Shown here in pieces: positions 52,171 through 64,000 of a stretch of 64,000 nucleotides of DNA. Source of the stretch: Vicugna vicugna. Its lineage: Eukaryota. The notes under the pieces are model-generated. The model did not search any database and was not told where the DNA came from. It saw only the letters and a program-made list of their open reading frames with translations. How positions within the stretch are numbered: position 1 is the stretch's first letter; each line of letters begins with the position of its first letter. Where the stretch lies: assembly GCA_013265495.1 (NCBI GenBank), contig MU058000.1, positions 2,542,001-2,606,000 of the forward strand, in the 5' to 3' direction. Made by a program: the position numbers and the translations under genes.

Positions 52171-55100
52171 TTTTCTCTTTTCTTGTCAAAACTTTTTACA
52201 CAGTTAAATTTGATACACAGGGGCATACCAACTTACCAAATACACGAGAGGCCATTCCATGTGCTAGAACTGTAATTTACACGCAAAGGAGAGGACTAAG
52301 ATAAAAAGTCACCAGTAGGCATATATCAGCACAAGATTCAAAAAGAAAACATCAACATTATATTTACAATAACAGAGAAACATACTGCTTTGTGAAGGGG
52401 CCAATATCTTGGAACTATATATTTTTAAAAGGAACCACCCATCAGGGATAGTGCAGAGATCGCCCAGCAGTAGAAGTTGACCTCGCTAGACATGTTCTGG
52501 GGTCCCTTTAACTAAGATACTGTGGCTTTCACCTCTTCATACAAAACACTGAGTCAGGGGCTCAATAAATGTTTACCAGAAGGAAATAAATGAATCCATG
52601 TTCTATTTAAACTTTAAATTATTCTTGAATAGTTCAGTTGATTAGAATATATTGGAAATGGGCAACTAAACATCCAGAAGGCACAGAAAATTTTTCTATG
52701 AAATTAGCCTTCGCTTAAACTAGCTGTTTATCAAATATTGACCCTTCCAGTGATTTACAAAAACTGAAAAATATAGTACCTGTCCTATGGTTGCAGGTCA
52801 TGAACATCAAGTTCAGTTTTATCCTACACGGCGGTATCCAAACACAGTACATTTGGCACTGGAGTAAGTCAAGATTTATTTTCAAAAAAGCAGTTTTTAA
52901 TAATTATCTACTGTCTGGTCTAGTCATCTTTATTATACAAATTCAAAAGGAAAAAACATCAGTAACTTTTATGAATGTGGAATAGGTTAGTGGCATCTGT
53001 CTCTGCTTTTACTACTGACATTGTCACAACTTATTAAAAAAATCCTTAAAAGTCAACGGGAGGATGTCAACACAGTGTTTGTAAAGCAGATAGCTAAGAG
53101 CCTTCTTTCACAGAGGAGTAAAAAGATATATACTGAGTTCGAATGGACGAGAGAAGGGACATTTTCTTGAGAATGAAATGCTATTGTCAAAGGCTTTTTC
53201 ACAGTAGCCATGATGCCCAGCCTGCAACAGACATTTATATTCATGCATTATTCTCATCCTATGCTCAACACTAAAGTTATTAAATTTATTATCTTGAATC
53301 TTGAGAATAATGTGATTTTTCAGCTAGAAACACACTTGATAAAATCTCTATTTTGCCAGTATCTTGTCTTTCGCTTCCTGCTGTTCCCCAATGGATAACA
53401 AGTTTACCTAAGCCAAATCCACAGGAATGGTATCTTCTGCACAAGGAAGCCCCCTTGAAAAACTTCTCAAGAAAACCATTTGCTATGGGCAAAAATGAAT
53501 CACTCTTTTTATTGATTATAATTGTTTAAACATATTTTTGGTATTAGGTACCACCATTTAAAAAATATAAAATCTAACTTGGAAACAGTATTATTTCTGT
53601 TTAACTACTCTGAGTTTTTCAAGCTGTAGTTTCCATTAAGGTCATCTCAGGAAAGAGATAATGTGAATTTCAACATGCAATAAAACTCTAACAGCTTGTT
53701 GACTGCCAACTCTTCTTAAACTTAATGTGTTTGAATGAGGTCCATTTTAATAGGCCTTACTTCATTTTCTACTATTTAACCCCAAGATATCAGGATAAAT
53801 TTTTGTTTCTTTCCTTTTCTTCAAACAGGAGATCAGTTCATCAGAAGAAGAAAAAGCAGATGTTTGAAATACAGGATATAACTTAACATCGTAATTATTA
53901 AGTATTTTTTAAATTGGAAACTGTACCACTGTGTTGAAATTTTCAGTGATATGATGTTTAAAAAGCTACGGATTTGTCTTTGGAGAGTTAATAGTCATGC
54001 AATAGGTTGTAAAATATTTAAAAGACTTAAGTTCCAAAGGTCATCTTGTTGCTTGGAATAAGGTCATTGTTTGAAGCTGACAGCTAGATATTTGGCACTT
54101 AGTTCTTGTTTAGTGTTTAATCCAAAATGTACTAGCTGGTTTTGACTAGGCCTTAATCTCTACTACAACATTACTGAAGTATAATTTGTAGTTCATTTCC
54201 TAACCTCAAGTGAAAACAAAACAAAACAAAAACGCAACCCAGACATTTTCTGAGTGGAAACCCCTCCATAGGTTTTAAAAGATCACAGTCAGATTTGCAG
54301 ATGAGTAAAGAAACACAAAAAATCATGTGAGAAAATAAATCTGGCAACAAATGAAAATAAAAAGTAATCTCTAGAAATGAAGATTTTATACATTGAATAT
54401 AATTCATTAACAGGGATTGAAGATTGCATGAGCCGATCAATGAGTTCATTTACTTGAAACAAGGTGATGTTAAGCCATCTCTGCTAGTCGCTAATTACAG
54501 TTGCATTCCTGCAGTATAAATCCAATATTTATTATGGAACAAAGAAGGGATGTCCACGAACTCTGTGGACAGTCAGCTGTATCATTCTCTCCAATATGTC
54601 TGTATAGCTTATTGCTCACATTTTATTTTTTAATTCAGCTATGATTCCTATTCTTGCCCTCTCCTAAATTCATTGAATAAAGAGGATTCAGTAGATTTGT
54701 TTCATTTTTTTTTGAGGGGAGATGGTTAATATAAGTAGTTTTGCCATTTCACATTTAGTGACATCTTGCATGCAGCTGTGAACAGTTGTCCTCATGCCAA
54801 ATAGTCTGTTGAGTTATCATTCCAGAATGGGTTTATTACTTAGCATATATTTAGCAACATAAATCTTGAAATCAGCAGCACAATCACATGGAGGCTTTGG
54901 GAAGCATTTAACTCAGAATGATTAATTCTCCATTTTACAAACTCTTGTTTTGGAAATAGAGAAATATACTTTCATAAATGTCCTCCCAAATGACAAAAGT
55001 AGGTAGTAAAATGCAGGTTCATATCAACATAAATGCCTAAACTAAAAAAAAAAAATTACAGGAGAAATTCAGAGAACTTATGTGTTCCCATTTTCAGGTA

Positions 55101-55250
55101 TTTAATAAAATCATGACATTCAGCAACACTCTTTTGAATGACTAAATTAACCCTACAGAATTTAAAATTGATACTGAGGATCTTTGATTTGAGATTCATC
55201 AAAGGGTTAATTCATAAAGATCAATGGCAAGAGAGTGGATTAGTTACTAA

Positions 55251-55251
<1 letters not shown>

Positions 55252-55306
<55 letters not shown>
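55252..55306. repeat. (TAA)18 microsatellite
   Basis: 55 bp of perfect taa repeats. Explains the poly-Leu ORF at 55240-55422. Confidence 0.95.
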
Positions 55307-55307
<1 letters not shown>

Positions 55308-56209
55308 GACATGCCTTGGGAGAGCAGAATCTGTATAATCGTAACAATTTCTTGTTTGTTTGAGATGCTGTATGAGATTTACTTGTAGAAAGCAGGAGGC
55401 ATGGGCCTACAGTGAAGGTCATTGAATGTATGAAAGAATGCTCAGTGAAAATGGCCTTGTTTAAATAGGTTAGATTAGGTAGATATACAAAAATTCAACA
55501 TTTATTATTGGTGTATTTCATTCCATTAATATTCTATTTGCTTTTAAATAAATTTCAAAACCAATTCTAACAAACTGTAACAAAATTTTAGACTATTTGA
55601 AACTGGTTCTTCTTCACTGTGTGTCCTCGACTGTCTTAGGATATACTCAGAAAAACAGTCACCCTGGGGAATTTAGTTTTAGGGATTTCAACTAGATTTA
55701 CAGGAAGCTATCACCAGGGTCTCAACCTACAGCAGCACAGGGGTCGGGGAGAGTTATGCTCCAGAGCTCACAGTGAAATTCCTCAAACACCCCAGAAACT
55801 CTAGGAAGAGCCTTGTCCTTTCTCGGTATGCAGCACCTCAAGGCAAGATTCTCAGGTGCTTATCAGCAAACCACTTTGAACTTTACCTCTGCCGCTCATT
55901 CCCCTACTCAGTTACCTGCAATTGAAAAAAAGAATAATCATCTTTCCGTTCCAGTTTCTAAATGTTGCATGACTGCTTATCAGTGGCCGAAGAAGTGGGT
56001 TCTGGGAAATGCAGTTCCAGGTTCTCCTCTGGAAGAAGCTGGTAAACCTGAACTTTACAAAGTGGAAGTGAGAGTGATGCTGACTGACACCAGGGACAGT
56101 CCAGCTCACTGAACAAGTGCTTGAATTGATCACTATTCTCTATGAAGCCAAAAAGAATACTGTGCATTTATTTATGCATACAATAGACAGCGATTACCAG
56201 TTAATTAAT

Positions 56210-56500
56210 GCACATCTACCATTTATATCCATCACTCTAAAATCTAGAAATCTCAGAAAATAAAGTTTTTTTTTTAAATTTTATTCATCGACAAACCTGA
56301 CCTGAACTCATGATGAAAAACCTGTCCCGCATAGTTATGGCAATGTATATCCTTTATGAATGAGATTTATATGGAATCTTCTTATTTTTGCTGGAGAAAT
56401 TTCAGAGTGTTTGGTTGTGGAATTTTGTATCACCTTTCTCAAATCAGAAGACTGAATTCTGAAACATATTAGGTCTGATTTTCAGAATGGGACTGTGCAC
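56210..56500. mobile_element. Possible ancient Tigger-like DNA transposon remnant
   Basis: ctctaaaatctagaaatctc...aaacctgacctgaact...gaattctgaaacatatt...gggactgtg resembles old TcMar-Tigger elements. Family is uncertain. Confidence 0.35.
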
Positions 56501-58294
56501 TGGCATTTTACTGATTCTCTCTTCTGTCAGACTTTACTGAAATGATACTTTATCAGAAAGATTTCTCAAATCATTGCCTCATATGGTGACACATTCCACT
56601 TTTATGTCTCCCCTAAATCTAATAAGTTGTCTCTTATGTAATAAAAATAAAGTGTCCCTAAATTTCATTTATATTTTATTACCTAAGTAGCATTATGTGG
56701 GAATATTTGGAAAAAAAAAACTGAATGACAGTTTAACTGAACTTTGCCAGATGAAACAATTATATTTGTCGTGTAACCAGCATACAGAGATTTAGTCTAA
56801 TGATTTTGACCTTAATGGATGTCATTATTTAGAATAAATACAATTCCATGAACATAACCTTAAACAGTGTGACTGTCCTAAGGATTTATGACTGTATTTC
56901 ATGCATAGTGCTTAGAGCTGATCATCTTCTCCTTAATGTATAGAACTTAATTTTTAAAGACCCATGTATTTTCCCTTAATATTCAAGCACAATATACAAG
57001 ATGCAGATGAAATTCTATTGTCCTTCTTAAAGCAATCAAAATCCTTGATTCTTTTGAGCACATTTTTATCAATTTAATGTAGAATAGATGCATTTTCCTT
57101 TACGTTTTTTATCACTGTGCTCTGGCATTAATTACTGAATTGCTTATGGAATTGTAATTCATGGACATCTATCACCTTACCTGCTATGGCTATGTTTTGA
57201 TATAATGAAACCAAATCTGTGAGGCTGACTCAGTTGTCCAGTTACTGAAAAGTGGAGAGCTGTCCCAGAGAGAAGTCCCTGTCTACAGCAGGCACTGTGT
57301 AAGTGATGCATTTTTATAAAGGTATTTAGATTTGGGAGTTTCAATGTCCTTGTGTACAGTTTAAGCAGCAATGAATTAACCAATATGGGATAAATGCACA
57401 GATTGTAATTATAAAAAAAAAGACAGTATTATCAATTTTCAGAAATGCTTGAGAGGGCAAATGTTTATTAGAGTCACATTTGTCATCCTTGTGACCTTGG
57501 GGATTAGAGAAAACCTATTTGGGGCCGGTTTTTTTTTGTTACCATTGTACTCTTTTTTGACTTATAATTCTATATACTATAACATCTCCAACTGATCAGT
57601 ATTTTAATTAAAATAAAACTTTCTAGCTTTATAAACATGGTAATAATGACATGGGTTTGGTTTATATTTTTAACAGAATTAATTTTTTGTAAACTACACA
57701 AACAGAAGAAATGAGAATTATCTCTTATTCACATAAAGAGATATAATTTTAAAAATAATCTTTGATAAGTCAAGTAGAACAGATACTTAAAAATTTTTTT
57801 TCAATTCAAATTTATCATCTACTGCTTATATTTGTTAATTCTTTATCATAAGCCAGTGGAAGGTGGATATCTTCCTATCTTTCTCTTACATAATTCCCAT
57901 CCCATGCACAAAAATGAGTTAATTAAAATATTAGATGTAAAGTTGTAGTTAATAATATAAATTGCAAAATCTTTTACCTAGAGAAGCATTTAGACATCTT
58001 CCCAACAAATGCAGAAATCTCTTCTAGTTTTTAATTAAAATGCCACCAGTGCCACAAAACCCTTGAGTCCTAAGGGAGCTGTTTTATTTTTCAGAAGAAT
58101 AGTTGTTCAATTGAGTGTGAATTTCTTCCTAATAAAGAGACAAAATCCAGCACCTTAAAACTCTTTTAATAGTTGGTCCTCTACTCTTGGAACACTACAA
58201 TATTTCTCATTAGTAAAACTTAAGATATTTCAACACTTCATGTGGCTTCCTTTAGTCATTTTTCTATCAGTCCAGACACATAGTAAGTATCTTC

Positions 58295-58845
58295 AAGAAT
58301 GTAGACTCTGGATTAAGGTGGAAAATAATTCAAATCTGGACTTCATACTACTTGCTGAGAAATTTGGGACAAATGTTTCTTACCAGAGAAGGAGGGCTAA
58401 TAACATAACCTAATTTATTGGGCTGCTTTGAGCATTAAAGAAAAAAAAGATGTGTGTATTAAGAACTAACCTTTAGATTCCACAGAAGTGGTATGTGGAC
58501 TCCTCAACACAGAAAACAAAATACGGTTACCAAAAGGGACAAGGCGGGCGAGGGATAAGTTAGGAGCTTGGGATTAACAGATACACAATACTATATATAA
58601 AATAGATAAGCAACAAGGACCTAATGTATAGCACAGGGGATTATATTCAATTTCTTGTAATAATACACAATGGGAAAGAATCTGAAAAGAAAAAAAATAT
58701 ATATATGAGTATAACTAAATCACTTTGCTGTACATTTGAAATTGTCACTGTCAATCAACTATACTTCAATAAAAACTAAAACTAAAAAAGAAAAATAAAA
58801 GAAATAACCTAACACACAGTAGGTGCCTAGTAAATGGTAAAATTA
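58295..58845 (+). mobile_element. MIR SINE split by an L1 insertion
   Basis: gtagactctgg...ttcaaatctggacttca...cttgctg...ctaataacataacctaattt...gctgctttgagcattaaag. Resumes after the L1 with acacagtaggtgcctagtaaatgg. Confidence 0.6.
58473..58798 (+). mobile_element. L1 3' end (cetartiodactyl type) with short 5' inversion
   Basis: Sense L1 3'UTR from ~58497 with A-rich tail. 58472-58494 is the reverse complement of the upstream L1 motif at(a)cactt...tgtggaatctaaa. TSD aagaactaacct (58461-58472) / aagaaataacct (58799-58810). Confidence 0.85.
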
Positions 58846-59751
58846 TCTTAAATCATCCTCACTTTGTTAATCTCTGACATGATGTGAGCTCTGGGTGTCT
58901 CCCTCAGATAACCCTTCTGTGACATACAAGTAACTTGATCTACAGTAATTTGGTCCAGTATCTGGGAATGAAATTTCCATTGAGTTTCCAATTGTTAGGA
59001 ATGTAACTTCTGTCCAATGCTGTTGAAATAAACCAGAACACTGAGCTCAGAGACTAAGCATGTAAAAGGAGGAGAGACACTGTCTTGTTAATTTATCAAA
59101 TTTCTCCACCTAATCGTGCTGCCTAAAATACTTCTGCATGACAGTATGTGCTGAATGTTTTTCAAAGCAAGTTAAAGGAAGATTTCACACTCCAAGGGAT
59201 TATGATTTGTTTATGTATTTTAAAAACAAGATGCAGAGCAATTTCAGTTATTTCAGTTTGATTCATGACAAAGTTAGCACAAAGGAAAAATATGCTAGGA
59301 GGGCCTTATTCTACATAATATTGGTCAATTTGACATCCATAAAGAAAAACTAAAACTTCACCATAACTTCACACTATATGCCACATACCCAAATCACAGG
59401 TCAAAATGAAAAAGATCGATGAACTTAAGTACGTTAAAACTAGAATTTTACTTCATCAATGACACCATTAAGAGAAGAAAAAGCAAAACCTCAGAGTGGG
59501 AGGGGATATCTATAATAATAGCTGATGAAGGCAATGCTTAAAGAAATTTAATCAACCAAGAAGAAAAAATAAAAACTGTTTAAAAGAAACTTTTTAAATT
59601 GATTAAAAGTCAAACGGAAACGTCAAACTCGAGGATTTGCATAGCTGACTTACTTTTGAAAAAAGTGTCAAGCTCATTAATTATCAAGAAAATGAAAACT
59701 GAAACTGCCACAGATAGAAGATACATCTCCAGAATTGCAAGGATTGAAAAA

Positions 59752-60126
59752 TGTTAGGGGCTGAATTGTGTCCCTCCTCTAAATTCATGTGTTTAAGCCC
59801 TGACCCCCATAGTGACTATTTTTGGAGAGATGGCCTTTCAAGAGGTATTTAAGATTAAATGAGCTCATAAGGGTGGGGCTCCAATCCAGTAAGACTGGCT
59901 TTCTCATAAGAGGAAGAGAAGCGACGGATGCTCCTGCACAGAACAAGGGATACACGAGAACAGTGAGATAGTGGACAACTGACAGCCAAAGAGAGAGGCC
60001 TCAGGAGAACCAAACCTCTCAACACCTCGATCTTAGACTTTCACCCCAGAACCTGAGAAAATAAATTTCTGTTGTGTAAGCCACACAGTTTGTGGCTTTG
60101 TTGTGAGAAACCTAGAAAACCAAGTA
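59752..60126 (+). mobile_element. MaLR solo LTR (MLT1B-like)
   Basis: tgttaggggctgaattgtgtccctcc...aagattaaatgagctcataagggtgggg...gagagaggcctcaggagaaccaaacct...gagaaaataaatttctgttgtgtaagccac. Confidence 0.9.
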
Positions 60127-60241
60127 TTGGCGAAAATGGTGAGTAATGGGAAATCTCAGGTTGAAGTGAAAATAGGAAATTCTGTTTGGAAAAAAAAAAA
60201 ATACTTGCTATTATTTACCAAAACTGGACATACTTCTAGGT

Positions 60242-60460
60242 CAGTGTTTCTTAGCTGGGATTTTGTCTCTTCTCCCCACCAGGACATCTGCCAATATCTG
60301 GAGACATTTCTGATTGTTCACATGCGGGGGTGATGGTGGTGGTGGTAGTGATACTGCAATCCAGCGGGTAGAGGCCAGGGATGCAGCTAAACATTCTGTA
60401 GTTCACAGGATGGCTCATCAGAAAAGAATAACCAAATGTGTCTCTGTTGAGAAAAACTTG
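60242..60460. mobile_element. MER20 hAT DNA transposon
   Basis: cagtgtttctt...ggattttg...ggacatctgccaatatctggagacattt...gggtagaggccagggatgcagctaaacattct...gttgagaaa. Confidence 0.85.
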
Positions 60461-62019
60461 TCCTAAGCAGAAAAGCTACAAAACCGCAAGCAGGCATGCT
60501 CCAGGAGACGGTGGAAGAACGCTGAACGTTGATGAGGGTCTAAATTTGCGAACAATCTAAATGTCTAGTGACTGTTGAATAGGTGAGTCAATTGTGGTAT
60601 ATTCATGCTTGTAAGTACTCTGTACAACCACAGAAATGAACAAACTGTCGCTACACACAACTCATGATTTTATCTCACGAACATAAGGTTGATCAAAAGA
60701 AGAGAGGCAGAAAACAAAGCCTGCTGTTAGTGCTCGGCCATGCATATATTTATGTGGCAAAGATAATGAGAAAAAAAAGGAGGAGAAGTAGACTTTAAAA
60801 GGCATGAGAGAGAGAAGGGACACCTCAGGCTTCGGGGACGCTAATACTATTCTATTTCCTCTTCAGGGAGGCTGTTACTCAAGAGTTCAGTTTTAAATGA
60901 TCCTTTTTAAAGTCTGCATTTATATTTTATGCACATTTCTACACAGGAAGTATAGTTCCCAGTTTTGAGAAATACTTTAAATACTTGCATGCATAAACAC
61001 CTAAAACAGAATTTCAAGTTTTTTAGTTAAGAGAGCCTCGTCCACTTTTGTGACGCTTATTGGATTTGATAATTTCTCTCAGGTCACAAAAATCTTAGTA
61101 AATATCACAAAATAAGGATTATCTTTTTGCAAAAGAAAACCTTTCCTTCTTCTGGATTCAATTAGTCGTTCACCATATATTCATTATATATTAAGTTCTA
61201 AATATTGTGCAAATCTAAGAGCTATCAGGTTGGAAAGAAATACGATCCAGTTTCTCTAAAATAGTGTAGCTGATGATCATATTTTGGAACCAGGATTTTG
61301 TTCCATAAGGTCAGTAGGGAACAATTAAATACCAAGCTGCACAGTACGGAATTTTTAACTGTAGCAAAGTTTAGATATGGGAGAGATCAGAGAGGCTGGG
61401 AATTGTCAGTTTAAATACAATTTTCTAAAAAAAAGCTTCATGGGGAAGTTGAATTTCAGCTGGACCCTAGAGAAAGACTAGAGGAAATCACAAAATCAAA
61501 CAAATTATGATAAATTATCTCTAGGCAGCTCATAAAGGTTGGGGATCACTGCTCAAGAGAATCATTTATTAACCAATGTTCTTTGTGCTTCGAAACAGTA
61601 TGTGTCTTTCCCAAAGTGATGCTCTTAGACTCAGTTACTGAAGAAAGCAGTTTAATGGAAAAATCCTTTTTTCTCCTTACGCTAGTTAATCCCCAAGTAA
61701 AGAATCGTGTGCTTTTATAACAGATCTTTTACTAACACAAGTTAATTCCTAAGTAGAGAGTAATGTATTTTCATAATGATTGCTTGTTTTTTTTTTCCTC
61801 AGTACATCTGGTTTCATGATTTTAAGTGGGGTACTCTTAACTTGGAAAGTTATACTTAGAGCTATTTCCAAACTAGGAAGCAAGGGGCTTACCTTTGAAA
61901 TTCCCATTCCCACTGACAAAGGGAAGATGTAGGTGATTTTGTTCTTCAATTACAGCAGAAGAAAATTTCTCTTCTGGATTTACTGCTTCCGCACAATTCT
62001 CAAGAGACAGTAGTTAATA

Positions 62020-62170
62020 TAAGGAGCATCAGACTGCGAATGAATTTAGCTAGGTTCCAATCTGCCACCATCTACATGCTTGGCTTTAGACAAATCACTT
62101 TCTCTCTCTGGATTCCTGATTCCTTTTCTCATCCATAATGTGACATGTTTAGAAGATCTCTGAAGTCTTA
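62020..62170 (+). mobile_element. MIR SINE
   Basis: ctaggttccaatctgccaccatctacatgcttggctttagacaaatcactttctctctctggattcctgattccttttctc. Confidence 0.65.
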
Positions 62171-62349
62171 CCTGTCCCTGTAACCTGGACTGCATCGTAA
62201 TGAATAATGCACAAAGAACTTGTGAATTGAGTGACCTTTTTATGAAAGGTGCTTTGGTTCTACAAATGAGCATGGCCATATATATGGAATGTCTTGTTAA
62301 ATAATGCCTACTGTAAAAATACTTGGCATCCATGCTCCCCTTCTTCCTA

Positions 62350-62700
62350 ACAAATCGAATTTCCATTTCAGGCCTCCTGTGGTTCTAGGGGAGATCCTCA
62401 CCTGCTAATTCCAGCAGGGAGGAAGGAACTTGGGACAAAATAAATCCATGTACTCCATTGCACTAGCTAATGATTATTCTGATAACACACAGAACCATTT
62501 AGTCAAAGGGTTGTTGAAGACAATGGGAGGACAGATACTCTTTCTCTGTCTCGATGGATGTGAACAAGGAAGTATGTACTGGTGGATTTAATAGAAGTCA
62601 CCTGAAATATACACAGGGATACAGAGTCAGGGCAGAATGAAAGCTGGATGGCGGTAGTGTTGCTGAGACACTTGGTCAAGACTTTACTGAAGCTAATATA
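62350..62700. mobile_element. Old MaLR LTR fragment (MLT1J/K-like)
   Basis: ttccatttcaggcctcctgtgg...ccatgtactccattgcactagctaatgatta...actcttttctctg...ggatgtgaacaagga...cttggtcaagactttactgaagc. Confidence 0.45.
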
Positions 62701-64000
62701 TTTGTTTTAATCTTTATGTCTGTTTCTGCCTTTTAAAAAATATTTACAGCTGAAAAGTAATAATTCTGCTAATACGTAGTTAGCTGATATGCCTGGAGAT
62801 TCAGAATTGTCAACTCTGTGGAAATATATAAAACACACTTGAATCTTACTTTATAACAAATATATAGGGTTGTGCTTACCAAAATCTGTCATTGAACTTC
62901 CTCCCATTCCAGGAGCTATGATTTGGAATTCAATTTCTACTGAATGTGAAAGAGTGTTTTTGCTTTACTATTGTTTAGTTCAGTTTGTTTATTATTATTT
63001 TTTTTCAGTTTGAAGACATAACTGAAATAGGATGGGATTTGCTATGGAGTATGAATATGGAATAGAAAGTATTGTTAGGAGAATAATTTTCTCTGTGAAT
63101 TATGTATAATACTGGATTGAAAAATAAATATGCAGCAGAACACTGGAAAGATTTTCCTCTTGTTTTGGGTGTGAGGCAGAATCCTGGTATAGATTAGGAG
63201 GTAGAGAAGGACAACAAAGAGCAATGCATAATTAAATCACTCTTTCAATATTTAAAATAATTTTAAATGATAATTATATAAAATATATGTATTGGTGTAT
63301 GTGATTGCATCATTTGGGTTATGATATAGCTATGCATAATACAGACAATTCATTAGTCCTATTAGTTTATTTAATATAGTCCTATTAAAAAGCAGTCTGT
63401 AAATTTAATCTACTAAACCTGTATGTATTAAAAGTTAGAATATTCCATTACTCATTGTACATAGTCCAGAAAAAAATGTGATATTCTTAATATTTGACAC
63501 CACTACAAAAATGTCAAAGACATCACGCTATAATTTTGTGTAATTTGTAAGATAACAAATGTATTCTAATAGACTATTCATGAAGAAAAATGAAGGGAAG
63601 AAAACATAAAGGTGATGAACTAAGTGTGTAAATTAAAAGGTCAGAGGCAGGACACAAATTAAACATAGCAGAAAACTCAACTTCTTTCCTTCCAGGAAAA
63701 TCAGGAAACTATATTCTGCTTTTTATTAACTAAATTAAAACAAAATGTAATTATGGCTTTCGTGGTGTGTCTTCTTTTACATTTTTTATACTGCTTAATT
63801 ACATTAGATGGCTGATAACAGTCTCACCAACCTCTCTGTGAATTTTATACTCAGGCAGTAGCAGCTTTTATACTCAATGTTTAATCAGCATCACTCGTAT
63901 TTACATAAAGACTGATTGGAAGAATATTGCTTTCTAGAACTTTGCATTATGGTAATTTTCGCCTAAATCCAATACATTAGTTTGCAACCAGAATGACTAA

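Larger units (their letters stand above)
59350..60980 (+). mobile_element. Old L1ME-type 3' region, interrupted by MLT1 and MER20
   Basis: cttcacactatatgcc, cttcatcaatgacaccattaagag, gctcattaattatcaagaaaatgaaa, aacaatctaaatgtctag...attgtggtatattcat, aaatgaacaaact. Confidence 0.7.

Noticed and set aside
54551..54571. Hairpin tgtccac-N7-gtggaca
   Set aside because: A 7-bp stem is expected by chance in 64 kb.
55240..55422. Poly-leucine ORF resembling a signal or transmembrane peptide
   Set aside because: It is the translation of the (TAA)n microsatellite.
61891..62010. Minus-strand donor AG|GTAAG with an open frame upstream
   Set aside because: No acceptor or start found, and the peptide is not recognised.

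Overview
AT-rich, repeat-dense mammalian genomic DNA, intronic or intergenic. Two tRNA-derived SINEs of the camelid (vic-1-like) type and several cetartiodactyl-type L1 3' ends point to a camel, llama or alpaca genome; this is an inference. I found no recognisable protein-coding gene, RNA gene or CRISPR array. The longer ORFs in the track are decayed L1 remnants or chance frames. Much of the window is transposon debris: L1 of several ages, L2, MIR, MaLR/ERVL/ERV1 LTRs and hAT MER elements. The most notable structures are: (1) a 100-bp internal L1 ORF2 fragment flanked by a perfect 31-bp duplication inside a MER58-like element; (2) a MER41-like solo LTR that keeps a STAT/GAS motif; (3) a candidate minus-strand first coding exon (MSATAETGETQQTRDSQ|GT) in a unique block near 42.2 kb; (4) a twin-primed L1 with a 5' inversion; (5) an internally deleted L1 nested in an LTR16 with an intact target-site duplication (TSD); (6) an old ~255-bp spaced duplication; and (7) a 180-bp tandem duplication that looks like an assembly artefact. 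I cannot support a novel multi-gene system here. Repeat family names come from recalled consensus sequences and most boundaries are approximate.
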